From the NCBI GenBank assembly GCA_963707855.1, contig CAVPRQ010000009.1:276158-340157 (forward strand): a stretch of 64,000 nt of DNA, read 5' to 3'. Under the pieces are notes generated by a model. That model made no database searches, was not told the origin of the DNA, and saw nothing but the letters and a program-made list of their open reading frames with translations. This DNA comes from an uncultured Thermoleophilia bacterium (GTDB lineage: Bacteria > Actinomycetota > Thermoleophilia > UBA2241). The stretch's first letter is position 1; the number at the start of each line of letters is the position of its first letter. Of this stretch, positions 16,964 to 25,559 are shown one piece after another. The translations under genes and the position numbers were made by a program.

Positions 16964-18627
16964 TCGACCTCGTCCTCGTTCAGGACGCCGGGGAGCGCGT
17001 GCCGGAGCAGCCGGTTCACCTGGGTCGAGAAGAAGAGCGCGGCCGTTCAGCACGTCGTCGGCCGGCCCGTCGGCGAGGATGCCGCCGTCGCCCAGCACGA
17101 GCACGCGTGTCGCACAGCGCGCGGCGAACTCGACGTCGTGTGTGACGACGAGGACGCAGCGTCCGTCCGCGACCCAGCGGCGCAGGGTACGTGCGAGCTC
17201 GCCCTTGTGCGTCGGGTCCATGCCCCGGGTCGGCTCGTCGAGGACGACGAGCGCAGGATCGCCGCAGGCCACGGCGGCCAGCGCGACCCGCGTGCGCTCT
17301 CCTCCGGAAAGGTCGCGCGGGTCGCGCTGGAGCAGCCCGGCGAGGTCGAGCTCGGCGACGATCCTCGCCGCGAGCTCGTTGCGCCGGGCGCCGTCCAGCT
17401 GCGAGGTTCTCAAGCGTGAGGTCGATCTCGGCGGCGACAGTGTCGCGGACGAAGTAGTCGTTCGGGTTCTGGCCGAGCAGGGCGCAGGAGCGCGCGGCCT
17501 CGGCGACCGACAGCGTGGACACATCCTTGCCGAGCAGCCGGACGGAGCCGCGGAAGGGCTTGCAGCAGGCCGTTGAAGTGCCTGACGAGCGTGGACTTGC
17601 CGGCGCCGTTCTCGCCCATGAGAGCGACGAGCTCGCCGCGGCGCAGCTCGAGCGACACGCCCTCGAGGAGGGGCGCGTCGCGCTCGTAGCCCACGGCGAG
17701 CTTCTCCGCCCTGAGCACGACGTCGCCGGGGAGCGCTCCAGGCTCGGCCTCCCGGCGCCGCGGCATCTGACTCCCTCGACCACGTCGAGCATGTGGCGCG
17801 CATCCTTCACCGTCATGGGCAGGTGGCCGTCCGCGGCGGATGCGGCGGCCTGCCCGTTGAGCCGTCGGGCGAAGAGACGCGCGACGGGGGGGAGGAGTTC
17901 GCGGCGCGTCGACACGGCCCAGCCGGCGAACTCCTGTGGGGCGGCGTCCACCAGTACGGCACCATCCTCCATGTAGATCACGCGCGTCGCCAGGTGAAGG
18001 CAGCGTTCGACCCTGTGCTCGGCGAGGACGATCGTCGCTCCGGTGTCCTCGGAGAGCCGGCGGATGGCGGACAACAGCTCCTCGGAGCTCACGGGGTCGA
18101 GCTGCGACGTCGGCTCGTCGAGCAGGAGGAGATGGGGCTGGGTGGCGATGACGGCGGCGAGCGCCACCTTCTGGAGCTCGCCGCCCGAGAGCTCGGCGAG
18201 AGGCGCATGGCGCAGGTGCGAGAGGCCGAGGGAGATGAGGGCCTCCTCGACGAGGCGCGTGATGGCCGAGCTCGTCGACACCGAGGTTCTCGAGCCCGAA
18301 GGCGATCTCGCGCTCGACCGTCGTCATGACGGCCTGGTTCTCGGGGTCCTGGAAGACCAGGCCGACGCGATGGGCGAGGTCGTGCGGCCGGGCGGTGCGG
18401 GTGTCGAACTCATCGACCGTCACGCGACCCGCGAAGGTCCCGCCGTGGAAGTGCGGGACGAGACCGTTCAGGGCGCGCAAGCAGGGTCGACTTGCCGCTG
18501 CCCGAGCCGCCGAGCAGCAGGATGACCTCGGCGGGCCTGATCGACAGCGTCACGTCGCGCAACGCGGGCGCGCGTCGCGCCCGGGTAGGTGTAGGTGACG
18601 CCCGTCGAATTGCGCGATGGCGGTCAC
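16942..18627 (-). CDS. Fused tandem ECF/ABC ATPase (EcfA-EcfA'-like); about 8 frame breaks as assembled
   Basis: Two ABC domains can be pieced together from three frames. Domain 1: GGSGSGKSTLLRALNGLVPHF, VGLVFQDPENQ, LSGGELQKVALAAVIATQPHLLLLDEPTSQLD, TIVLAEH. Domain 2: LMGENGAGKSTLVRHFNGLLQ, LLGQNPNDYF, LSGGERTRVALAAVACGDPALVVLDEPTRGMD, VLVVTHD. Breaks lie near 18601, 18570, 18478, 18275, 17775, 17565, 17405 and 17035. The GTG start at 18627 overlaps the EcfT stop. Confidence 0.85.
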
Positions 18628-19550
18628 GGGCGTCCTCTCGTCAGCACGACGACGCCGGGGACGACGAGCGCGACGACGGTGACGACCCACCAGGGGTCGG
18701 TGAGCTGAGCCCAGGGGTCGTCGAGCAGAGGGAAGAAGCCGTATGCCCACGGCGCCGCGCGAGGAGACCGGCGAGGAGGGCGACGGCGGCGAGCAGGGCG
18801 CCGCCGGCGAGGGCCACGTCGGCGGCCCGCCAGGGCCGCCGGTGCAACCATCGCGAGCGGCGTCCGCTGCCGTAGCCGCGCGCCTCCATGGCGGCGGCCA
18901 CGTCGACGGCGCGCTCCAGGCTGCGCGTAAGAAGCGCGCCGAGCAGGGGCAGGCGCGCCGCGGCGCGCGTCCTGCGCGTCCCGCCGGTCGAGCTCCATGC
19001 CCCGCGCCCTCTGGGCGTCGGCGATGTGAGAGCCGTCGCGGGAGAGCACAGGCAGGAGCCGAGTGGCGAGGGAGAGCACGAGGCCGGAGCGGAAGGAGAA
19101 GCGGCTCATGAGCCCGAGCTGGTCGTCAGGCTCCAAGGCGACGTTGAAGAGCGCGAAGGCGAGCACGACCGCCGTCAAGCGCAGAGCGGTGGTGACGCCG
19201 TAGACCAGGCCCTGCAGGGTGAGCGTGATCTCGAAGACCCAGAGATCGGCCTGCCAGATGACGTCGAGCCCTCCGCGACTGAAGAACGGGTTGAGGATGG
19301 CGAGGAAGAGGCCGACGGCGAGGGCGACGCGGACGTACGGCAAGCTGGCGCGAAGCCGACCCGCTGCGGCGAGCAGGGCGACGATCACGCCGAGCAGGAT
19401 CGCCACCTGGATGGGGTTCACGACCACCAGCGCGGCGAAGGCGACGGCGGCGACGTAGGCGGCGCTCGCCGCTGGCTGACGTCGCGCGAGGGCGCACGCC
19501 GCCGTCGCACGCGGCCGCCGCCGGCCCGCCGCTGCGGCGTGCGCGCTCAT
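18624..19550 (-). CDS. ECF transporter transmembrane (T) component, EcfT/CbiQ family; about 2 frame breaks
   Basis: Start is ATG at 19550 (ATGA overlap with the upstream stop). AAVAFAALVVVNPIQVAILLGVIVALL...LRLTAVVLAFALF...SFRSGLVLSLATRLLPVLSRDGSHIADAQRARGMEL continues after a shift near 18965 (RLPLLGALLTRSLERAVDVAAAMEARGYG) and another near 18750. Confidence 0.8.
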   Translation of the reverse strand: MSAHAAAAGRRRPRATAACALARRQPAASAAYVAAVAFAALVVVNPIQVAILLGVIVALLAAAGRLRASLPYVRVALAVGLFLAILNPFFSRGGLDVIWQADLWVFEITLTLQGLVYGVTTALRLTAVVLAFALFNVALEPDDQLGLMSRFSFRSGLVLSLATRLLPVLSRDGSHIADAQRARGMELDRRDAQDARRGAPAPARRASYAQPGARRRRGRRHGGARLRQRTPLAMVAPAALAGRRRGPRRRRPARRRRPPRRSPRAAPWAYGFFPLLDDPWAQLTDPWWVVTVVALVVPGVVVLTRGRP

Positions 19551-20486
19551 CCCTTCGTCCACGGCAATGCGACCAGCCGGTCGTCGACGAGCGCGACGCC
19601 GACCCTGGCGTTGAGCGCGTCCGCGGAGAGGCGCGAGAGCAGGTCTTCAAGGTCTGCGCCGGACGCGCCCAGCAGGATCAGGAAGGGGCGCGACGGGTCG
19701 TCCTGGTTGGGCGCCGGCAGGGCGGCGGCCGCCGCCCGCGGCCCCGCGGACCCGTCAGGCGCCAGCAGGGTGAGGTGCCGTCGTCGACGCGCGCCATCTC
19801 GAGTCCGCTGCGTTCGGGCCCGAGCAGCTCGACGAGCCACGGCGTCGCGGCCGCCTCGCCGGCGGTCGCGACCACGATGCCGCCGCGAGGCCGCTCGCCG
19901 GCGAGCTCCCGGCGCGCGTCCAGTTCGATGCCGGATGCCTTGGCCCAGTCGACAAGCCCGGTGACTTCGGCGTCGGCGGTCAACGCCTGCGGGCGCGCCT
20001 GCGTACGGCCGCGGGAAGGCGTGCAGGGCCTGGGGCACGTACATCGCGTCCGCCCAAGGGTGGTAGTCCCACCACACGGTCTCTCCGCCCTTGAGCTTCC
20101 GCTCGTCGGCGCCGACGTCGGCCATCTCACCGTCGACCCAGTAGAACCAGTCGGCGGCATCGTCGGAGCCGGCGGCGCCGAAGGTGGACGCGAGCCCGTC
20201 GATGCCATTCACGAACCGACCGCCGTAGCCGGCCTCGACGTCCGCGTGCTCGGCGAGCAGGCGCAGGACGTCGAGGCCCTCATCGGCGGGGGCGAGCACG
20301 TCTCGCATGATCTGGCTTCCGAAGCCGCGAGACACGACGAGGCGCACTTCATCAGCGGCCGGCGGCTGTCCTGCGGCCGACCCCTTGCCCACGTCGTCGC
20401 GTACCCCCGCGCACCCAGCGAAGACGAGGGCGGCGAAGGTGAGGCCCGGCGAGGACCGGCGTCAGGATCGTGCGCCTTGCGCTCAT
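19547..20486 (-). CDS. DUF4430 (transcobalamin C-terminal-like) lipoprotein; about 3 frame breaks
   Basis: Start is ATG at 20486. After repairing a CCC run at 20445-20447 the N-terminus reads MSARRTILTPVLAGLTFAALVFAGCAG, which is a lipobox. The DUF4430 core is GGRFVNGIDGLAS...DWFYWVDGEMADVGADERKLKGGETVWWDY. The middle part lies in the 19678..20208 frame, and the C-terminus returns to the 19547 frame. Confidence 0.75.
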
Positions 20487-20517
20487 GCGTGTGTCTCGCG
20501 ACGGATCGGCGGCCGGC

Positions 20518-21610
20518 CTAACGGGCGACCGCCGTCGTGCTCAGCGGTGTCGCCGTGCGACCCCAGGTGTCGACCGCCGTCACGCGGATCGTGTACGTTC
20601 CGGGGCGCACGGCGCGGCCGGCGGCCGTGCGTCCGTCCCAGAGCATGGTCACGGTACCGCCGCCGACGCGCCGCGACAGCGCCGCGCATCAGGCTGCCCG
20701 GCTCTCGAGCGCACGGTGTACTTCACGGTGGCGCTGCGCGAGAGACGTGAAGCCGATGCGGACGGTCTGCCCGGGCGCGAAGCGCTGTGGCGCGACGGTG
20801 AGAGCGCTGAGGGTGAGCGGGTCGGCGACGTTCACGAGACTCTGCGTCGAGCGGACGTAGGCGAACGTCGCGTCCATGTCGCGTTCGGCCCAGACCCTAG
20901 ACGTCCCGGATCGGCGGCGACGCGACGGTCACGACGCCGCTCGGCGTCGCTGACGTAGGTCGCCGTCCCCACGTGAACGACGGCGCCGGCGACGGGGGCG
21001 AACTGCGCGGAGGTCTCGACGGCGTCCGCGCCGACGCCGAAGCGCGTGGCGTCCTCGAGGGTGTTCGCCTTGGCGAGATCGTCGCCGACGACGGTCACGA
21101 CGAGCGGCTGGCCGGTGGCCAGCGCCTTCTTCGAGACACGCACCTGCAGCTGCCTTGGTGCCGTGCGCGAACGCCCGTCAGGGTACTGCGTGAAGAGGAC
21201 GCCGGTCGCCCTTCTGGAGCCTGAAGCTGTAGGCGCCGACGTCCACCACCGGGTAGCCGGCGCCGTTGACGGCGTAGATCCAGCCCTGCGAGTAGTCGGG
21301 AAGGGCGCCGAAGCCGGCGATGATGGTGATGAAGTCGCCGCCGTAGGCGGCCTCGAACGAGAAACCCCTCGCGTCGCCCGCGGCGGCGAGCGCAGCCGAG
21401 CGCGGAGGCGTAGCCGGGTCGGTAGGGATCGCCAAGGTCGTCGAAGAAGCGCGCGGTGGCTGACACGTCGACCCTGGTCGGCGGCGCGACCTCGAAGGGG
21501 GCGGCCTCGACGCGCACCGTCGCCGACACGGCGAGCGCAGAGGGTACGGCGACGAGCCCGATCAGCAGGGCGAAGGTCGCGGCCAGCAGGACACGAGCAC
21601 GAGCTCCCAT
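20518..21610 (-). CDS. Secreted DUF4430 protein with C-terminal FlgD-Ig-like domain; at least 5 frame breaks
   Basis: ATG at 21610 is preceded by AGGAG. The signal peptide is MGARARVLLAATFALLIGLVAVPSALA. The DUF4430 core lies in the 21178..21435 frame (GGDFITIIAGFGALPDYSQGWIYAVNGAGYPVVDVGAYSFRLQKGD). The C-terminus GGGTVTMLWDGRTAAGRAVRPGTYTIRVTAVDTWGRTATP is a FlgD-Ig-type motif and ends at TAG 20518. Confidence 0.7.
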
Positions 21611-21661
21611 GGGAACTCCTTTCCGGCGCCGGGCGATCGCCCATCCGTGCGAAGCTGGCTT

Positions 21662-21693
21662 AACGAACAAACCCCGCTGCTCTCACAACGGGG
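21662..21693 (-). terminator. Intrinsic terminator forming the riboswitch expression platform
   Basis: Minus-strand reading is CCCCGTTG-TGAGAG-CAGCGGGG (8-bp stem including one G-U pair), followed by TTTGTTCGTT. It lies between the aptamer and the first gene of the operon. Confidence 0.6.
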
Positions 21694-21714
21694 TGGTCGA
21701 CCACTCTCGCGAGC

Positions 21715-21910
21715 ACCCATCCACGTGGGAAGCAGCTTCGCAGGCGGCTCAGCAGGTTTTCTGGCTCCCGGTCGTACTGCACACGCCTCCGCTGCCTTCC
21801 CGGACCCTCAGGTCCAGTGACTCTCCTACAGGAGAACGCGAGAGGCGGCGACCGGTCACAGCGGCGGGACCGCGCCGGATTCACACCGGCTTCCCTCGAG
21901 GGCACTAGCC
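21715..21910 (-). promoter_or_regulatory. Cobalamin (adenosylcobalamin) riboswitch
   Basis: Minus-strand reading is GTGCCCTCGAGGGAAGCCGGTGTGAATCCGGCGCGGTCCCGCCGCTGTGACCGG ... GAGAGTCACTGGACCTGAGGGTCCGGGAAGGCAGCGG ... GGGAGCCAGAAAACCTGCTGAGCC. This matches the conserved core (AGGGAA, GGTG..AA.CC, GC.G.CCCGC.GCTGT, CACTGG...GGGAAGG) and the B12 box (AGCCAG.A.ACCTGC). Confidence 0.9.
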
Positions 21911-21938
21911 GCGCGCCATCGATTGATTGGCACAGGGC

Positions 21939-21967
21939 ATGCTACAGCAGGTCTCAGGGCCGGGCAA
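21939..21967 (-). promoter_or_regulatory. Putative promoter of the riboswitch-controlled operon
   Basis: Minus-strand reading is TTGCCC (21967-21962), a 17-nt spacer, then TAGCAT (21944-21939), about 30 nt upstream of the aptamer. Confidence 0.4.
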
Positions 21968-22040
21968 ACGTTCACAGACGGTCGGGGGGCGCGAGGGCGG
22001 GCGCCGGTCGCCGCGCGGAGACAGCTCTGCGAAGCTAAGG

Positions 22041-22060
22041 TATCGGCCGAACGGCCGATA
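22041..22060 (+). repeat. Perfect 8-4-8 inverted repeat (hairpin or protein-binding palindrome)
   Basis: TATCGGCC-GAAC-GGCCGATA ends 6 nt before ATG 22067. Confidence 0.8.
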
Positions 22061-22066
22061 CGGGCG

Positions 22067-22336
22067 ATGGTGACTACCTTGATCGACCGAGCCGATGACA
22101 TCGCCGAGCCTGACGTCGAGTTCTTCGGCGTCAAGCTCAAGGTGAAGAACGCCCGTCTCGCGACGCTCCTCAACAGCAGCGTCAACGAGAACGTGGTCGT
22201 CATCGGCCGCCGCACCGTCGACCTGCTGGCGCGGGCCGACGAGGACGAGGCTCTCGAGGGCGTTCGACGCGTTGCCGGCCGAACCGGACTGACAGGTCGC
22301 CCCGAGGACGGGGAGCGACGGGGCCGGCGGGCGTGA
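22067..22336 (+). CDS. Small hypothetical protein (89 aa)
   Basis: This is the inner ATG of ORF 21923..22336. MVTTLIDRADDIAEPDVEFFGVKLKVKNARLATLLNSSVNENVVVIGRRTVDLLARADEDEALEG has protein-like composition. I recognise no family. Confidence 0.5.
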   Translation: MVTTLIDRADDIAEPDVEFFGVKLKVKNARLATLLNSSVNENVVVIGRRTVDLLARADEDEALEGVRRVAGRTGLTGRPEDGERRGRRA

Positions 22337-22384
22337 AGCCCGCCGGCCCCGTCGCTCCGTGAGGATGTATCCTTTGGAGCCGAC

Positions 22385-23447
22385 ATGGACGGCCTGCTCT
22401 CGCTCGTCATCCCGGTGTACAACGAGGTCGCCAGTCTCGACCCGCTCCTCGGCGAGCTCGACGCCGCGGTCGCCGAGCTGGGCGTCCCCGCGGAGGTCGT
22501 CTTCGTCGACGACGGCTCCACCGACGGCTCGTTCGCCGAGATGGAGCGCCTTGCGGCCGACCGGGACGACGTACGCATCGTCAAGCTGCGGCGCAACTTC
22601 GGCAAGTCGGCGGCGCTCGCCTACGGCTTCGCCGCCGTCCGCGGCGACGTGATCGTGACCCTCGACGGTGACCGCCAGGATGACCCGCGCGAGATCGGCA
22701 AGCTCGTCGCCGCTCTCGACGAGGGGTACGACCTGGTCTCGGGCTGGAAGCAGGGCCGCCAGGACCCGGCGAGCAAGACGCTGCCCTCGCGCTTCTTCAA
22801 CTGGACGGTCCGGCGGACCACGGGGATCCAGCTGCACGACTTCAACTGCGGCTTCAAGGCGTACCGCCGGGAGGCCGTCGACGCGGTCGTCGTCTACGGC
22901 GAGCTGCACCGCTACATCCCGGTCGTCGCCGCGCAGCAGGGCTTTCGCGTCGGCGAGGTCAGGGTCGCCCACCGCCGGCGGACCGCCGGACAGTCCAAGT
23001 TCGGCTGGCAGCGCTTCGCCCGCGGCTATCTCGATCTGCTCACCGTCCTCTTTCTCGGCCGGTACCACAGCCGCCCGCAGCATCTCTTCGGCGGGCTCGG
23101 GTCGCTCCTCTTCCTCGCCGGGTTCCTGATCGCCGGCTACCTCACCGTCGACAAGCTCGCCTTCGGCCATGCCCTCAGCGACCGCCCGCTGCTGCTTCTC
23201 GCGGTGCTGTTCATGATCGTCGGCGTGCAGCTCGTGTCCCTGGGCCTGCTCAGCGAGCTGATCGTCAACTCGCGGGCGCGGAGCGGGCCAGACCCGGCGT
23301 GGATCGCGCGCGTCGTCGAGCCGGGCGAGGCCCGCGCCGATGTCGCGGCGCGCGGTCGAGGACGCGGACGGCGAGCGCCGAAGCGGAGCGGGCCGCCGTC
23401 GCACCGCCGGATCGCGCGCCCGCGTGACGCCCGGCCGGGAGCCGTGA
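22385..23447 (+). CDS. GT2 polyprenyl-phosphate glycosyltransferase (GtrB/Ppm1/ArnC-like) with two C-terminal TM helices
   Basis: Motifs: LSLVIPVYNEVASLDPLL, VVFVDDGSTDGS, RNFGKSAALAYGFAAVRGDVIVTLDGDRQDDP, DFNCGFKAYRRE, then TM helices LFGGLGSLLFLAGFLIAGYL and LLLLAVLFMIVGVQLVSLGLLSELIV. As assembled it reads through into the next gene (750-aa ORF). The GTGA at 23444-23447 suggests the true stop after a tail frameshift. Confidence 0.85.
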
Positions 23448-24566
23448 TCCGGGCCGTCGCCTACGTCGGGACCTACGAACCCGACTACGCCCGCAACGCC
23501 GTGCTCATGGCCGGACTGCGGGAGCGCGGAGTCGTCGTCCACGAGATCCACGCCCCGCTGCCGGCGCTCGACGCCGCCGGCATGGCGACGCCGGCCGGGG
23601 CGACGCGCGTCGCGGCGGGGCTCGTCGAGGCGCATGCGCGGCTCGCCCTGCGGCACCGGCGCGAACTCGCCGTCGATGCCGTGATCGTCGCCTACCCCGG
23701 GCACTTCGTCGTCCCGTTCGGCCGAGCCCTCGCCACGGTCCGGCGGGCCCGGCTCGTGTTCGACCCGCTGGTCTCGCTCGCCGACACGTTCAGCGGCGAT
23801 CGCGGGCTCGTCGGCGAGCACTCCGCTGCTAGGGCGCGCGGTGGACGCGGTCGACCGCGTCGCGTTCGCGCTGCCCGACCTCGTGCTCGCCGACACGTGG
23901 GAGCACGCCGCGTTCTACGGCGAGCGTTTCGGGCTGCCGCGCGAACGTCTCGCGGTCGTGCCGGTCGGAGCGGCGCCGGAACCGAAGGCCACCGGCGCCG
24001 CGCGGTCACTCATGGCGGACGAGCGCCTGGTCGTCTTCCAGTACGGCAAGTGGAGCCCGCTGCACGGCGCCGAGACGGTGCTGGCGGCGGCGGAGCTGCT
24101 GCGCGATCGTCCCGTGCGCTTCGTCCTCGCCGGCGAGGGCCAGCTCTCGGCGGCGTTGCGCGCCGAGATCGACCGGCGCCGCCTGGACGAGGTCGAGTGG
24201 CTCGGCATGCTGGCGCCCGAGGAGCTCCGCGCGAGGACGCTGGCCGCCGACGTCTGTCTCGGCGTCTTCGGCACGTCCGCCAAGGCGCGCCGGGTCGTGC
24301 CGACGAAGGTCCACGAGGCGCTTGCCTGCGGCCGGCCGGTCGTGACGGCCGACACGGCGGCGGCGCGCGAGCTCCTCCAGGACGGGGTCGACGCGGCGTT
24401 GGTGCCGCCCGGCGACGCGGACGCGCTCGCCGGCGCCCTCGCGCGCCTGCAGGACGAAGGGCTCCGGGCCTCGCTCGGCGCGGCGGCCCTCGCGACCTAC
24501 CGGCGGGCGCTCACGCCCGCGGCGGTCGCCGGCCGTCTGCTCCAGGCTCTCGGCGAGGGCGCGTGA
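23444..24566 (+). CDS. GT4/GT1-family glycosyltransferase; frame break near 23835
   Basis: The N-terminus VIRAVAYVGTYEPDYARNAVLMAGLRERGVVVHEI lies in the 22385 frame. The C-terminal part lies in the 23841..24566 frame: VFQYGKWSPLHGAETVLAAAELLRDRPVRFVLAGEGQ...PTKVHEALACGRPVVTADTAAARELL. Confidence 0.75.
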
Positions 24567-25555
24567 ACGCGCCCGCGCGGGGACCGCGGCGGCGGGCGCC
24601 GCCACCGCGTCCTGCGTCGTCGTCCAGGCGGTCCTGACCGTCGCGGCGCTCGTGTTCGTCGCGCTCGCCCTGGCCAGCTCGTGGGACGAGGTGCAGGCGT
24701 ACGAGTGGTCCTTTCACCCGGCCTGGCTCGCCGTCTCGGGGCTCGTGATCCTCGCGTTCTACGTCCTGCAGGCCGCCGGGTGGTGGATGCTCCTGCGCTC
24801 CCTCGCGCTGCACGTGCCGGTGCGTTGGGCGGCGGCTTCGTGGGGTCGGTCGATCGTCGCCCGCTACATCCCGGGCAACGTCTTCATGGTGCTCGGGCGC
24901 GCCCTGTCGAGCCAGCGTCGAGGGCTTGAGCTGCGTCGCGTCAGCGCGGCGATGGTGTACGAGCAGGCGCTCGCCTTCTGCGCGGCACTCGTGACCCTTG
25001 GGCTGCTGTTTCCCTTCTGGGAGTATCGCCCCGGGCTGACGGCCCTGAGCCTGCTCGGCATCCCGGTGCTGCTCGCGCTCCTGCATCCGCGCGTGTTCGT
25101 CCCGCTCGCCGACCGTCTGCTGCGCCTGGCCGGTCGCGAGCGCCTCGGCGTCGAGCTGCGCTTCGGCCGGGTCGTCGCGCTGCTCTGCTACTATGTCGCC
25201 GCTTGGTTCGTCGCGGGCGTCGCGTGCTGGTCGCTGGCGCGAGCCGTCACCGATGTCGGCGTCGACGCACTGCCCGCCGTGACCGCCGCCTTCGCGTTCG
25301 CGTTCGTCGTCAGCATGGCGGCGTTCGTCTTTCCCGGCGGGCTGGGCATCCGTGAGGTCGTCCTCGCCGGCGCGCTCGCGGGCCCCTTGGGCTCCGGCGT
25401 CGCGCTCGCGTGGGCCGTGCTCCTGCGCCTGTGGCAGATCGCTCGTGGAGCTGGGCTTCGTCGGCCTGGTCACGCTCGTCGAGCGCGTGGCGGGCGACCG
25501 ACGGACGACGAGGGCCGCGAGGCGCGACGGCGTCGCGCGACGGAAGGGGAACTGA
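24563..25555 (+). CDS. Flippase-like / lysylphosphatidylglycerol-synthase TM-region family membrane protein (UPF0104); breaks near 24590 and 25440
   Basis: The main ORF 24652..25581 has 7-8 TM helices and the family motif AAFVFPGGLGIREVVLAGAL. The probable start is GTG at 24563 (GTGA overlap with the GT4 stop), followed by a shift in the GGCGGCGGG run. The C-terminus is better in the 25352..25555 frame (LVELGFVGLVTLV). Confidence 0.7.
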
Positions 25556-25559
25556 GCCG

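Noticed and set aside
21905-23896. 663-aa minus-strand ORF
   Set aside because: It is antisense to the GT2 and GT4 glycosyltransferase genes. It is Arg/Gly/Asp-rich with no motifs. Long stop-free antisense frames are expected at this GC content.
22385-24637. 750-aa ORF suggesting a GT2-GT4 fusion protein
   Set aside because: The segment between the domains is Arg-rich and looks out of frame. A GTGA stop/start signature at 23444-23447 and a frame break near 23835 indicate two separate genes distorted by indels.
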